Of a stretch of 64,000 bases of DNA, positions 1 through 11,399 are shown piece after piece (position 1 is the stretch's first letter; every line of letters starts with the position of its first letter). The position numbers were made by a program, and so were the translations under genes. This DNA is from Octopus sinensis. Its lineage: Eukaryota. Under the pieces are notes generated by a model, which saw only the letters and a list, made by a program, of their open reading frames with translations, ran no database searches and had not been told where the DNA came from. The DNA is taken from assembly GCF_006345805.1 (NCBI RefSeq), contig NC_042998.1, positions 156,178,001-156,242,000 of the forward strand, given 5' to 3'.

Positions 1-419
1 GTGTGTGCGCGCATGTGGATGTGGATGTGTTCGCCGAACATAAAGCAATAGGCATTGTTATATATAAATTGACTTGTCTGCATACGTCAAGGATTTATAT
101 TTTATTAATCTCACAACCTGGAACAGTCACGTCGCCATCAATATAAAGGGAGGGTAATCAAGATTCGAACTCAAAACAGTGCTTTCATGCTTCTCATTCC
201 GCTGCACAGTATCGGTCTACCTAATTTCATTCTCACGGTTTCATTCCATCAAACACTATATTAGAAGAAACATGAGCAATAGTGTCATCAAAGTCTGAAC
301 TGAACTTTTTAACACACAGTCATATCTGCACACTCTTCACTCAACAGGCACAGAAACACAAACATACACATGCACAAATGCACACATATCAGCAATTAAG
401 CTACTTTACACCATGGTTA

Positions 420-626
420 CATGGGGTAACGACAAACACGTTGAACAAAATGCTTAGAGACACTTGTTCTGGCTCTTGATGTTCTAAGTTCAAATCATGC
501 CGATGTCAACTTTGTCTTTCATCTTTTTGGGGGTCATTAAAATAAATACCAGTTAAGCACTGGAGCCGATGTAATCGATGCCCTTTTTCCTAAAATTTTT
601 GGGTTTGTGAAAAAATTTGAAACCAT
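420..626 (+). mobile_element. Decayed tRNA-derived SINE, family B (consensus starts GGCGGCGAGCTGGCAGAATCGTTAGC)
   Basis: AAATGCTTAG...GTTCAAATC...GTCAACTTTGTCTTTCATC...TACCAGTTAAGCACTGG...GATGTAATCGA aligns with copies at 31269, 31515, 35780, 51405-51980 and 62730. Confidence 0.7.
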
Positions 627-1920
627 AATTATTAACTTTAGGGTGGTAAAATCGTAAGAGCGTCAAGGGTCCAACCATGAAAGGTATTGTTTTTCAAATT
701 CCTCGAAACTTTTTCGAAGTGAAGAAGTCTTTGTACCTTATAGTCAATGCTAAAACTTCCATGTAACCTATTCCAAGAATACATTACAAATGTTAAGCTT
801 ATGAGTCCTTCAGGTCCATTACAGTCGTTCAAATGACCAACTCATGATGATTGTTGCTGGGTTTCTTTCCATCGTGTACTTTGTCTAATCGAATGCCCAA
901 TCAATTCAATAGTTTAAGTTATATAGTGAAAGAGAAAAGCAATTTCAGAGTTGTTTTCAAAAGGCTAGTTAGACATTTAAGTTTCATTCTTCCTCGTTGT
1001 ACTACATTCGTCATTTTCTGCTACTTTTATTTCCTTTCCTACTCCAAAAACTGAAAAAAATTTGCAACTTTTTGCTATCTATTTTTCAAAGAATACATAA
1101 TTTCCAATGGATCCAAAATTTAATTTTCACTAATTTACGCCTAAAGCTACTGTGTACTTGGGTTCCCCATCTAAACTTATCCCTGAGATTTAGGGTTAGA
1201 TTATTGCCCATTTTAAGGGCAACTGACTTTGGCTTGAGAGTTGAAACCAATTTTATTTGAAAATCCATTTCTGTTATTACTTCAAAAATGTTTGAAAAAA
1301 TAATGGACCCACATTGGATTTCCGAAGTCAAACATGGCGGATTTGAGTCTTAGGCGGCTCACTATTCAATGACTAATAATTCTAGATCTAAATATTTGCC
1401 TTATCTGAATTTTGGTATTGAAATCTTTTTTACAAGGTGCCAACATTCAAAACTTCTTGCATTTGAAATTTGCTTTTTCTTATATTTCGGAGTACCTGGA
1501 AAACAATTGAGACAGCTATAGTCTTTCATTATTATTCATTTGTAATGTATTCTTGGAGTAGGTTACATGTACAAGGTTTCAAAATTTTGAAAACGTCTCA
1601 ATCTGGATATATTAGTGGTTAAATATGGCTCCAAATTTAGCAAAATCTTCAAACTCCTGTCAACGGCCTACTTTGAATTCCGATAAAATCACAACCATTC
1701 ACTTCGAGAAAGTTTCAAGGAATTTGAAAGACAATACCTTTCAAGGTTAAACCCTTAACGCTCTCACGATTTTACTGTCCTAAAGTTAATAATTATGGTT
1801 TTAAATATTTTCAGAAAGCCAAATTTTTTCACAAATTTTAGTAGGGCAACGATTACATCTGTTCCAGTGCTTAACTGGTATTTATTTTCTTGACCTCGAA
1901 AACACAAAGGTAAAGTCGAC
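505..1920. repeat. Degenerate ~1.4 kb fold-back (inverted duplication) whose arms include a SINE 3' half
   Basis: 505-723 is the reverse complement of 1698-1920. 760-795 (CATGTAACCTATTCCAAGAATACATTACAAATG) pairs with 1536-1569. Confidence 0.8.
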
Positions 1921-1921
1921 T

Positions 1922-2085
1922 GTCTTCTTCTTCTTCTTCTCTTCTTCTTCTTCTTCTTCTTCTTCTTCTTCTTCTTCTTCTTCTTCTTCTTCTTCTTCTT
2001 CTTCTTCTTCTTCTTCTTCTTCTTTCTTCTTCTTCTTCTTCTTCTTCTTCTTCTTCTTCTTCTCTTCTTCTTCTTCTTCTTCTTC

Positions 2086-2125
<40 letters not shown>
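1922..2125. repeat. Compound (CTT)n-(TTA)n microsatellite
   Basis: Read directly; the source of the poly-K/R/N ORF 1764..2201. Confidence 0.97.
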
Positions 2126-2625
2126 TTCTTTCCCCCCCTTCCTCTTTTAACAGTCGTTCTACTCTCTTCCGCGGCACCAACTTTCCTCTCTGCTCTTTCA
2201 CTTATTTCTCTTCATCTGCTTCTCAGTGTCCTTTACTCTTCGCTTAACTTCTTTTTTCACCCTCTGTAATTTCCCTTCTTCTGTTAACACTATTTTCTTT
2301 CTTATTCTTTTTCTTGTATACCTGCTTTTCTCTTTTTTCTATTTCTTCGTCTTTTTTCTTCCCCCTTTTCGCCTCACAATTTTCCCACCCCACTGTTTCT
2401 CTCTTTTTCTTCTTTACTTTCTCGGTTCTTCTGCGTTCCCCTTCCTCTCGTTACTCTCTTTCTGCTACTTCGTACGTCCTCCACCTTCTCCTCTAGTATA
2501 ACCAGCTAACTACGTCAGTTTTTAGTGTCACGGAAACATGTCTTCAATGTATAGCTTATTAAACAAATGTTTCGCTGACTGCTGTTGCTCAATATGTGTA
2601 AATAGACATTTTCAGACAGAAAGCT

Positions 2626-2725
2626 GTTACCCCTAGCAACAGTTAAATTGTCATTATGCAACATACTGATATAATCAAAAGAACTAGTGCTGAATATAGG
2701 TTAGTGTTGACGTCGGCTGACGTCA
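2626..2725. promoter_or_regulatory. Candidate RFX X-box plus paired CRE motifs
   Basis: GTTACCCCTAGCAAC at 2626-2640 fits GTNRCC-N0-3-RGYAAC. TGACGTC at 2708 and TGACGTCA at 2718. Motif match only. Confidence 0.3.
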
Positions 2726-2937
2726 AGTAAGCTTGAGATATTCGGTGTTTGGAAGTTCCCGTCGTGCAACAAGACCAGTGAGATACATTTTCATAAGTAT
2801 AATGTGATCATTTATAACTCAGGTTAACTGAAAACATCTCTCTTTACACTTGTCCTTATTTCGTTCTTCTATTTACACACTCATATTCAGTCTTTCATCA
2901 CTCTCTCTCTCTTTCTCTTTCTTACTCTCTTTCTCTT

Positions 2938-2970
<33 letters not shown>

Positions 2971-3632
2971 GTCTTTCTCTCTCTTTGTCTTTCTCTCTCT
3001 TCTATGCACACACACGCACACACACACACATACACATGAACTATTTACCACATATTACTCTATCTTTCAATTACTCCGTAGTTATCGTACATGATCACAT
3101 ACATAGGGTTACAAATACCATCGACTTTCACATACATACATACATACATACATACATACATACATACATTTTTGTTTGTAAATGCTAAAAGGAGAATCTG
3201 AATAAACTGGGATTTTCAGAAACAGAAATCGACCGGTTAATTCGTATATTATAAAGTGGAATTTGTGAGTGGAACAGTAAAAATATGTAAGGCCTTTCTC
3301 AAGTTACAAATGTGAATTTGTCTGTGTTAACTACATCTCAAAGATGGTCTTTGTATCTTTGTTGGAAACCGGCTCCCTCCTCAGTGGAAGATTTAAATTA
3401 ATAAAAAAAATAGAAGAGACATACATACCTTGTACACATATATGTATGAATAAACATGTACATATACGCTTATCTACACACATGTATGCATACATGCATG
3501 TATATATGTTATGTATGTGTGTCTCCCCTTATTTATCTACATGAGAAGTCATTCACTCATGAATATCATCACACACAACATGGACAAAATTTCTTCTTAA
3601 GAAAAAATACATATTCAAATAAGTAAAACATA

Positions 3633-3667
3633 ATATCATGAATAGCGATAGCGAAACCGGTCGATAT
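3633..3667 (+). ncRNA. Minimal type I hammerhead ribozyme, A3-U8 core variant
   Basis: ATATC-ATGAATA-GC GATA GC-GAAA-CCGG-TC-GATAT: 5-bp stem I, 2-bp stem II, palindromic ACCGGT stem III, GUC cleavage triplet. Confidence 0.75.
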
Positions 3668-3847
3668 ATTAAAAATTATATTAAAACTATGTAAGTGTGG
3701 GTATTTTCTTTTTTTTAATTTCTTATATACATTACAATGAGTTGTAATGTGGGGATAATCGAAATTCTCCTTTCTGTTACTACTACTACTACTACTAACT
3801 ACTACTATATATATATATATGTATGTATATATATATATATATATATA

Positions 3848-3890
<43 letters not shown>

Positions 3891-3937
3891 ATAGAAATAT
3901 GTTGCAAAAAGAAAATAGAAACTGTTAGAGATTCGAA

Positions 3938-3972
3938 AGCATACCGGTTTCGTAAAATTGCTAATCATTGCT
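3938..3972 (-). ncRNA. Type I hammerhead ribozyme, A3-U8 core variant
   Basis: Minus strand AGCA-ATGATTA-GCAATTTTAC-GAAA-CCGG-TA-TGCT: 4-bp stem I, ACCGGT stem III, GUA triplet, imperfect stem II. Confidence 0.65.
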
Positions 3973-3985
3973 GTGAATGCACACC

Positions 3986-4046
<61 letters not shown>

Positions 4047-5044
4047 AATAAGAAAATGGAGAAACAAATTCACTTCGATCATCAAATTACGGATATTACA
4101 ATTTCACATTATTTATTAATTATACAAATTGGAACATGAAAATCGAACAAAACAATATACATCAATATGTAAAAAAAATATAAATGTAAAAATAATACAA
4201 ATAAACTGCTCCTTACCGCTGTTTCAGCCTATGGTCAAAAGTCAATTCAACTTAAATTGCCTATAGATGCCATTATAATATATTCCTAGGCATTAATAAT
4301 TATATTTGTATGTTTAAAATCACTTCTTAAGTATAAGTACATATACGACCGTAAGTGTAGGTGTTTGTTGCTTAAATGCCTATCCAAGTTTTAACATATA
4401 AATGAATGTGCTTTTATTCAACATTTTATTCAATTTGGTGACCCCATATTGTTTTGAAACAGGCCTAGCGGATGCGTTTAAGTGAATTAGCCAATTGGAA
4501 ATAGATCAAAAATTTATGTGACCGCTCCCTAAACCATAATATATTTTAAATATTTAATATGCATAGGTTAAATAGCCAATAATTTAAATGACTGCTCCCT
4601 AATCCCCAATATAATTTTAAATATCTTTATATATTTAATATGCATACTTTAACGCAAACCTCGAGCTAAATTAAACTTGGACATGGAGTTTAAGTTACTA
4701 CTATGTTTTTTTTTTAAATTAAATTTATTTGATTATGTGGATGTATTAAATTTAATATCCATATAACAAGAATGTAAACATTGTGAAATCTAATATGCAT
4801 ATAACGGGGACTTATATTTTGTGGAACTAACCTTGCCTGGACTTGTAATCCGGACTGAATGTTTTGGATGCTAGAATTTAACTTATTCGTGTTAAGCGGA
4901 TGCGTTAAATATTATTTAGATTATGTTTGTATAATATATTCATACGCAAATATCTTGTTTGTGCATATATAATATATATATATATTATATATATATATAT
5001 TATATGTATGTGTGTGTGTGTGTGTGTGTGTTGTGTGTGTGTGT

Positions 5045-5088
<44 letters not shown>

Positions 5089-5470
5089 CATTTATACTTG
5101 GTACTTTGCTTCATGAATTTTTGTTACTTTGTTTAGTATTACCGTTAAAACAGCATTACTGTTGGTATTGTTAAAAGTGGTAGTATATTACGTTATAATC
5201 CATTTACTGAACTATACGAAGCATAATAATCCAATGTAATGTGATATACTGTTCAATGTTGTTCTTTATGTTTTTTGCACATGTGATTAATATGTACGAT
5301 TTGCCTATGTATGTATATTTGTATATTTTATATGTATATATGTGTTTATGTATATATATATGTATTTTGAATATTTGTCTTACTATTTATTTTCTTGTTT
5401 TTATTGGATAGTAAGTGAAGCATGTTTTTTATATATCAATATTATTATTATACTTTTCAAGTTATGTATA

Positions 5471-5602
5471 TCCACTGACGAGGACTTTGGTTATTTAAAC
5501 ATACAAATAAAATATTTAATGCCTAGGACTATATTACAATGGCATCTATAGGCAATTTAAGTTGAATTGACTTTTGACTATAAGCCGAAACAGCTGTAAG
5601 GA
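5471..5602 (+). ncRNA. Type I hammerhead ribozyme with extended loop II
   Basis: TCCA-CTGACGA-GGACTT...AAGCC-GAAA-CAGCTG-TA-AGGA; palindromic ACAGCTGT stem III. Confidence 0.65.
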
Positions 5603-5650
5603 GCAGTTTATTTGTATTATTTTTACTTTTATTTTAATTTTATATATTGA

Positions 5651-6559
5651 CTAGCAGTATCGCCCGGCGTTGCTCGGGTTTGTAAGGGAAATAACTATAT
5701 AAGCATTTTTAGAGAGTTATAGCAAAAAAATAGCAAAAAAATGCATTAAAAATGGAATAAAAAATGGTGGTAATTTTTTTTTAAATCGTTGACTCATCGT
5801 AGACATTTTTAGAGAGTTACTTCCCTTATATAATAGCGAAAAATGCATTAAAATGGAAAAAATGATGGAAATTTTTTTTTAAATCGTAGACTCATCGTAG
5901 ACGCGCGCTAATACCCAGAAGGGCTCGATATGAATCACGACTATAAGATACCCGGTTTTGGTTAAACTGCACCGCAAAATGTGGGAGTAGTTAGGAATCT
6001 AAATCGTAGGAGACAGACACACAACTTCACTTTTATATATAAAGATTTGTGCAACAAGTAAAACATTTGGTTGTGCAAATTGTTTGCACAGGAAACCTGC
6101 CCTGTGTGGCGGTTTTTGCCGTTTTTGTGGATCTGTTTCAGCTTATTTAGCGATTTCTGTTTTGGCGACTTCAAACCATGAAGTCGTTGTTCTAAAAGAA
6201 CGCTGGTCTCCTTGACAACGCTTTACGACGTTGATTTCCTTACACTCCCTTCCCTACAGCTTCACGAGGGAGGGAAGAAGGGGGAGAAGCAACACAGGTG
6301 CAGGTGTGAGCATGGACGCCAACTCCGCCGCCTTCCCTTTATTTAAAAAATATGCGTTAAAATAAAAAAAATTATGGTAAATTATTTTAAAAATCGTAGA
6401 CTCATCGTAGACGCGCGCTAATACCCAGACGGGCTCGATATGAATCACGACTATAAGATACCCGAATTTGATGAAACTGCACCGCAAAATGTGGGAGTAG
6501 TTAGGAATCTAAATCGTAGGAGACAGACACTCACACAACTACAGTTTTATATATATAGA
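5651..6559 (-). mobile_element. Non-autonomous Helitron with two 5' ends
   Basis: Minus strand starts TCTATATATAT (6559) and ends with hairpin CCCGAGCAACGCCGGG plus CTAG (5651). Inserted between A and T with no TSD; the empty site TATTGA|TGTA is recoverable from the paired arm. A second 5' end lies at 6045. Confidence 0.88.
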
Positions 6560-6839
6560 TGTACATTGTTTTGTTCGATTTTCATGTTCCCATTTGTATA
6601 ATTAATAATGTGAAATTGTAATATCCGTAATTTGATGATCGAAATGAATTTGTTTCTTCATTTTCTTATTTGTATTATGAATTTACGGTAAAATATTTTT
6701 TACCTTCACCCATTCAATACAATAAATGAATTAATTGCATTGCATTTATGTATTTAGTATTTGGGTACTTTACCAGCAGTATATTGGATAACTGATTTTC
6801 CATAGTGGGTTACTTTCATAACCCCTATCTTACTTTGTA

Positions 6840-6988
<149 letters not shown>

Positions 6989-7044
6989 ATACTACCAGGG
7001 ATACGCGGCGTTGATCGGGATGAAACTGGCATAGTTTTTTTTAT

Positions 7045-7250
7045 TGTTTTACTTGTTTCAGTCATGTGAATGCGGCCATGCTGCAGCACCACCTTTAGTC
7101 GAAGAAATCAACCCCAGGATTTATTCTTTGTAAGCCTAGCACTTATTCTATCAGTGTGTTCTGCCAAACGGCTACGTTACGGGTACGGAAACACAGCAAC
7201 ATCGGTTGTCAAGCGATGGTGGGGGTACAAACACACACATACACACATAT
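7045..7250 (-). mobile_element. 3' half of CORE-type tRNA SINE (family A)
   Basis: Reverse complement matches the GGTGCTCCAGCATGGCCGCA...TGACTGAAACAAGTAAAA tail of the copy at 59979. Confidence 0.8.
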
Positions 7251-7280
7251 ATAAATACACAAATATATACATACATATTT

Positions 7281-7434
7281 ACATTATTTACATTTGACGA
7301 ATATTTGTCCTCATATTGTTTGTTATTAACACAACGTTTCGGCTGATATACCCTCCAGCCTTCATCAGGTGTCTTGGGGAAATTTCGAACCTGGGTTCTC
7401 ATTCCTAAGGTCTTTTTCGATGTTGTTGTTGTTG

Positions 7435-7495
<61 letters not shown>

Positions 7496-7583
7496 CGTTA
7501 TTACTATTATTCAGGTCACTGCCTGGAATCGAACTCGACCAAAAGAACTCGGTTAGTAGCCCGCGATCTTAACCACTACGCCA
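7281..7583 (-). mobile_element. tRNA-head + (AAT)n + hammerhead module (pLTR of the adjacent PLE), copy 1
   Basis: Minus strand: A box TGGCGTAGTGG and B box GAGTTCGATTC (7583-7511), then an (AAT)n/(AAC)n tract, then an HHR. A near-identical second copy lies at 27439-27859. Confidence 0.8.
7328..7373 (-). ncRNA. Type I hammerhead ribozyme, canonical core
   Basis: ACAC-CTGATGA-A-GGCTG GAGGGTATAT CAGCC-GAAA-CG-TT-GTGT; palindromic AACGTT stem III. Confidence 0.85.
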
Positions 7584-7584
7584 A

Positions 7585-8310
7585 TTATGGAGTGAATTTT
7601 AGGGCTTGTAAATCTAATATTTTCCTATCCTTCCTTAATACCGCTTCCCATATGCCATTCATATCTGCACTTGATCTGCTTAGGAGGTTGTTGTGTCCTG
7701 CTTCTTTTAGTTTTCATATTTTCCAAACTTCCTCCCCAGCTATATCCGATTTTTCAATATCTCCTCATGTCATAGCTTTGCGATGTTCCTCTACTCTTAT
7801 TTTGAGGGGGTGGCATGTTTCTCCTTTGTATAACCTACCACAGCTGCATGGGATGGAGTACACACAGTTTTTGGTCATATTCTCTTCTATTGGTGGTTTT
7901 ACCCGAAGGAGATATTTGCAAAGTGTTGTATTACTCTTGAATACTGTCCTGATGTCATATGGGCCGCATATCTTTTGTATCTTTTCGGAGAGTTCTTTCA
8001 TATAGGATAGATAGACTGTAGACAGTTTATAGGTTTCATCCTCTCTTTTCTTCATAATTGGAGTAGATAGTATGTTTTTGGAGTAGTTGCTGCTTAATAG
8101 ATTGTTACTGAACTTGATTATTTCTTCGTGGTGGGTATCACGCTCGCTACTTATATTCTTTGCTCGATGTTTTAGGCACTGAGCAATTCCTCTCTTTACA
8201 CCGTATGGATGGTGGGAATTGAAGTTAAGGTATCGTCCAGTGAAGGTCGGCTTGCGGTATACGGATGTCCTGAATCCATATTTGGTGCGTGTTATTATTA
8301 AGTCCAGGGA
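7585..8310 (-). pseudogene. Penelope/Poseidon-type PLE ORF remnant: RT thumb plus GIY-YIG endonuclease
   Basis: ORF 7765..8388 has TSVYRKPTFTGRYLNFNSHHP and KNCVYSIPCSCGRLYKGET...IRVEEH. The decayed C-terminus ends ILDLQALKFTP* at 7585. Confidence 0.88.
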
Positions 8311-8329
8311 TGCTAGCATATATATGTGT

Positions 8330-8610
8330 AGATGTACATACTTATATATACATGCAAGAGCAGTTAATAATAATAATATTGTCAACACTAGTTTAAACCC
8401 CTACAATGAGAATAATATTAATGAAGATGTAAGAATTAGAAACAACAGTACTAACACATCTAATATGTACAATATAGACTGTAACTCCGAAGTTTATACT
8501 AGCACAGGGATTACTAATACAATGCCTGTTGATACTGAGGTGAATTTAAATGATACAACATTTGAAGGAAGTATAAATAATAACAGAAATAATAAAAATA
8601 ACGCAGATTA

Positions 8611-8662
<52 letters not shown>

Positions 8663-10700
8663 TGTTGTTGTAGTAGTAAGAATAATAATGATAATGAAAA
8701 TAACAATAACAATATTAATAGTAGTAATACTCCTGGTTGCAATTTTATAGTTCAATCTTACTGTCTGTTATTAGGCCGATGTCTAATCGAAAACGTAATT
8801 TGTAAATGTACAATTGTAACTGATGCTGGTAACTTTATATATATAGGATGTTCAATAAATATGAAAGAACGTATCAATAACCATTTTTTCATCTTTTAGC
8901 CAATTGTACGTCCTTATCTAGCAAGATTTGGGAACTGAAGGAAAGCGGGATTAAATTTAGTCTTGAATTGGATATAATACGGAGAGCGCAGCCTTATAGA
9001 GATATGGATGAGCTGTGCTCTATGAAAACTTATGAGATTTTTAAGTATAGGGACAAGGAAACCTAATTAATGATAGATTAGACCTAAGGGTATCATGCAT
9101 GCATAGCGTCACCCAAACATTTAAGTATTTTCGAAATTAACGATTATAGGTGCCATACTTGAACTTTGATGGTGGAAATTAATGTCGTATCCGTTGTAAA
9201 CTTACCCTCTAGCATAAAATATAATAAAATCATGGGATATGGTGATATGGTGAATTAAATTTCATTGCATATGTTATAAGCTATATGTTTATGGTATGTA
9301 GTGTGCTATATATAATACTATACCATGATAACCCCTGCCTAGTTAGTCTGACTTCATCCTATTTTGGTGATTACACTATTTTCCTTTCTATGATGTTCTA
9401 CCCTACTAATTATATTATATATATTTGTAGTAACTTTATGTAAGTAAGTCTCCTTTCGACTAAATTACATATGCCATAGAAACTATAAAATCATACATAC
9501 AATAGCACCTGTAACATTACAACTTAGAAAATCTCTTCGGTCTGAATATCTTTAACTGCCCTCATTACTTCCATACCTCTTTTCAGGTTACCTTTATCTC
9601 TTCCCTACCTCAAATTTTAATCCACCGTCTCTTTGAATGTAGATCATATGTATTTCTTATTATTTTCTATAGATTCTTATTTTGTTTTCTTATTTTGATA
9701 TCCTTATCTATTAACATCTTCTCCCTTATAAATTGTTACTTTCCTTGTTCTTAGATATTTTTCAGTTACTTAAGTCTATGCGAGATGGTTATACTATATC
9801 CATATAAACGTATAAATATTTGAGTATGTATATATATAAATGTGTATCTGCATGCATCTTTACATTTTTCTGATTAATAATAATAGATAGCATGTTTATC
9901 TTTCCAGTTATTCCATAAGTAAATGCCCTGAGCAGCCTTTATAGAAACTGTCGAATAAGTAATTATGTACATGAATGAATGTTAAACTGATTCTATGTAA
10001 TCTTTCTTTTTTAATATTTTACCTATTTTGGTTATGATGTTTTTTTTTAAATCTTAAATTTTATTTTTATACGATATAACAATATTGTTTATAAGCAATC
10101 ACCCATAGTGCTCCAAAATAAAATTTCCTCTGTATTAACATCTTAGGTTTCTTAGCGTCTTGCCCCTTTAACTGGTAATTAACATCATTGTTTAAAGTAT
10201 TCCCCTACACATCTTTTTATAGACACTTATATCCAATTGACTATTCCTAATATCTTCTTTCCTCCCTGAGGAAAAGGGATATATATGATAATATGTATGA
10301 CCATACCTAGCCATGAGCTTTTAACTCACTCTTGTCCTTTATTCAAAACAGACACAGTCTTCTGGTCTTAGATTTAGTAGTTGATAAAGAGAAAAGTAAA
10401 TTAGAAACTAATTACAATCCCTTACGATACTATGATCCCAATAGGCTTCATGCGATTCTTGGAAGTGTAGTCTATTCTTAGCTATAATAGCGACAACATG
10501 AATTTCTTCATCTTCTTGCTCTATTAAAATATTTGAGAAAAATCATATTAATGTGTCCTACTGGTTAAAATCCTATATATTTATTTGTGCATCTGAAGAT
10601 GGCATTTAAATTGATGTAATGATTGCATTGTTCAATTAAATGGAGCCACTTTAAACGGTGGTACTGCATCACTACTTGATATCCTGTTGCTTATTTTGAT
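8330..10700 (+). mobile_element. Second PLE remnant: GIY-YIG with Cys-rich linker, no RT, long AT-rich 3' region
   Basis: CNFIVQSYCLLLGRC (CxCx5Cx5C spacing with one C lost), then NVICKCTI...YIGCS...ERINNH and the frameshifted SKIWELKE. A degenerate CTGAAGA-type HHR lies at 10588-10668. Confidence 0.65.
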
Positions 10701-10711
10701 TATATATATAT

Positions 10712-11217
10712 ATAACTAATGTAGGATAAAAATTTTTTCGGGAAAAAATTTTAATCAATGGCCAGCATATCAAAAAATACCTTTAAAGGTTAAATTTATA
10801 AACAATTTACAAAATAAGGGCAAAAAAAAAAATTCTAATGCCAAATATGCCGAAAGAAAGACAAAAATTGTCAAATAACCATTATAATTTATGCGTCTCG
10901 AAACAAACCGATAGAAATTTCTAAAAAATTATTTATCACCGTATTGGTCCAATTTCAGGGTTAATTCATAGAATTTTCCCCTCTTCAGCGGCAAATACTT
11001 GAGATATAAGTGAAATACTTATTCATACCTACGGAAAAAGCAAGCACCAAGTCCCGAGCAGACCTAAGTACCCCAAATATATCCAAAATAGAAAATCTTC
11101 GGCACATCTCGAGACACGTGTGATTCGAACTAGAAACTTTCACAGAGTGACAGAATCCGGAAGTGAACACTATTCAATTTATAACTAATGTAGGATAAAT
11201 TTTTTTCGCGAAAAAAG
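10712..11217 (-). mobile_element. Terminally redundant ~469 bp non-coding unit with one HHR (retrozyme-like)
   Basis: ATAACTAATGTAGGATAAA..TTTTTTCG.GAAAAAA occurs at both 10712 and 11181. Flanked by (TA)n. HHR at 10939-10991. Confidence 0.72.
10939..10991 (-). ncRNA. Type I hammerhead ribozyme
   Basis: CCG-CTGAAGA-GGGG...CCCT-GAAA-TTGGACCAA-TA-CGG; near-palindromic stem III, AUA triplet. Confidence 0.78.
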
Positions 11218-11399
11218 TATATATATGTAAAGTATATATATATGTGCGTGTGGATGTGTTTGTGTATGTGTGGTGGTGGTGGTGGTGGTGGCACGATGCC
11301 GTTGATATGCAAGTACCAGATCTAATTTATAGCTATAGATTCGACTCAGAGGTTTGTCGTTGGTGTAGCGTACGCATAAAAAGTAAACTCAAATAGCAG

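Larger units (their letters stand above)
4044..6673. mobile_element. Non-coding PLE-type insertion with inverted partial pLTR (arms 4044-4318 versus 5494-5650 + 6560-6673)
   Basis: The arms are reverse complements. The right arm carries a full HHR and the left arm only its 3' half. The right arm is interrupted by a Helitron. Confidence 0.75.

Noticed and set aside
636-1785. piggyBac-like MITE suggested by TTAA-flanked inverted repeats
   Set aside because: The inverted homology extends about 130 bp beyond both TTAA sites, so TTAA is internal rather than a TSD.
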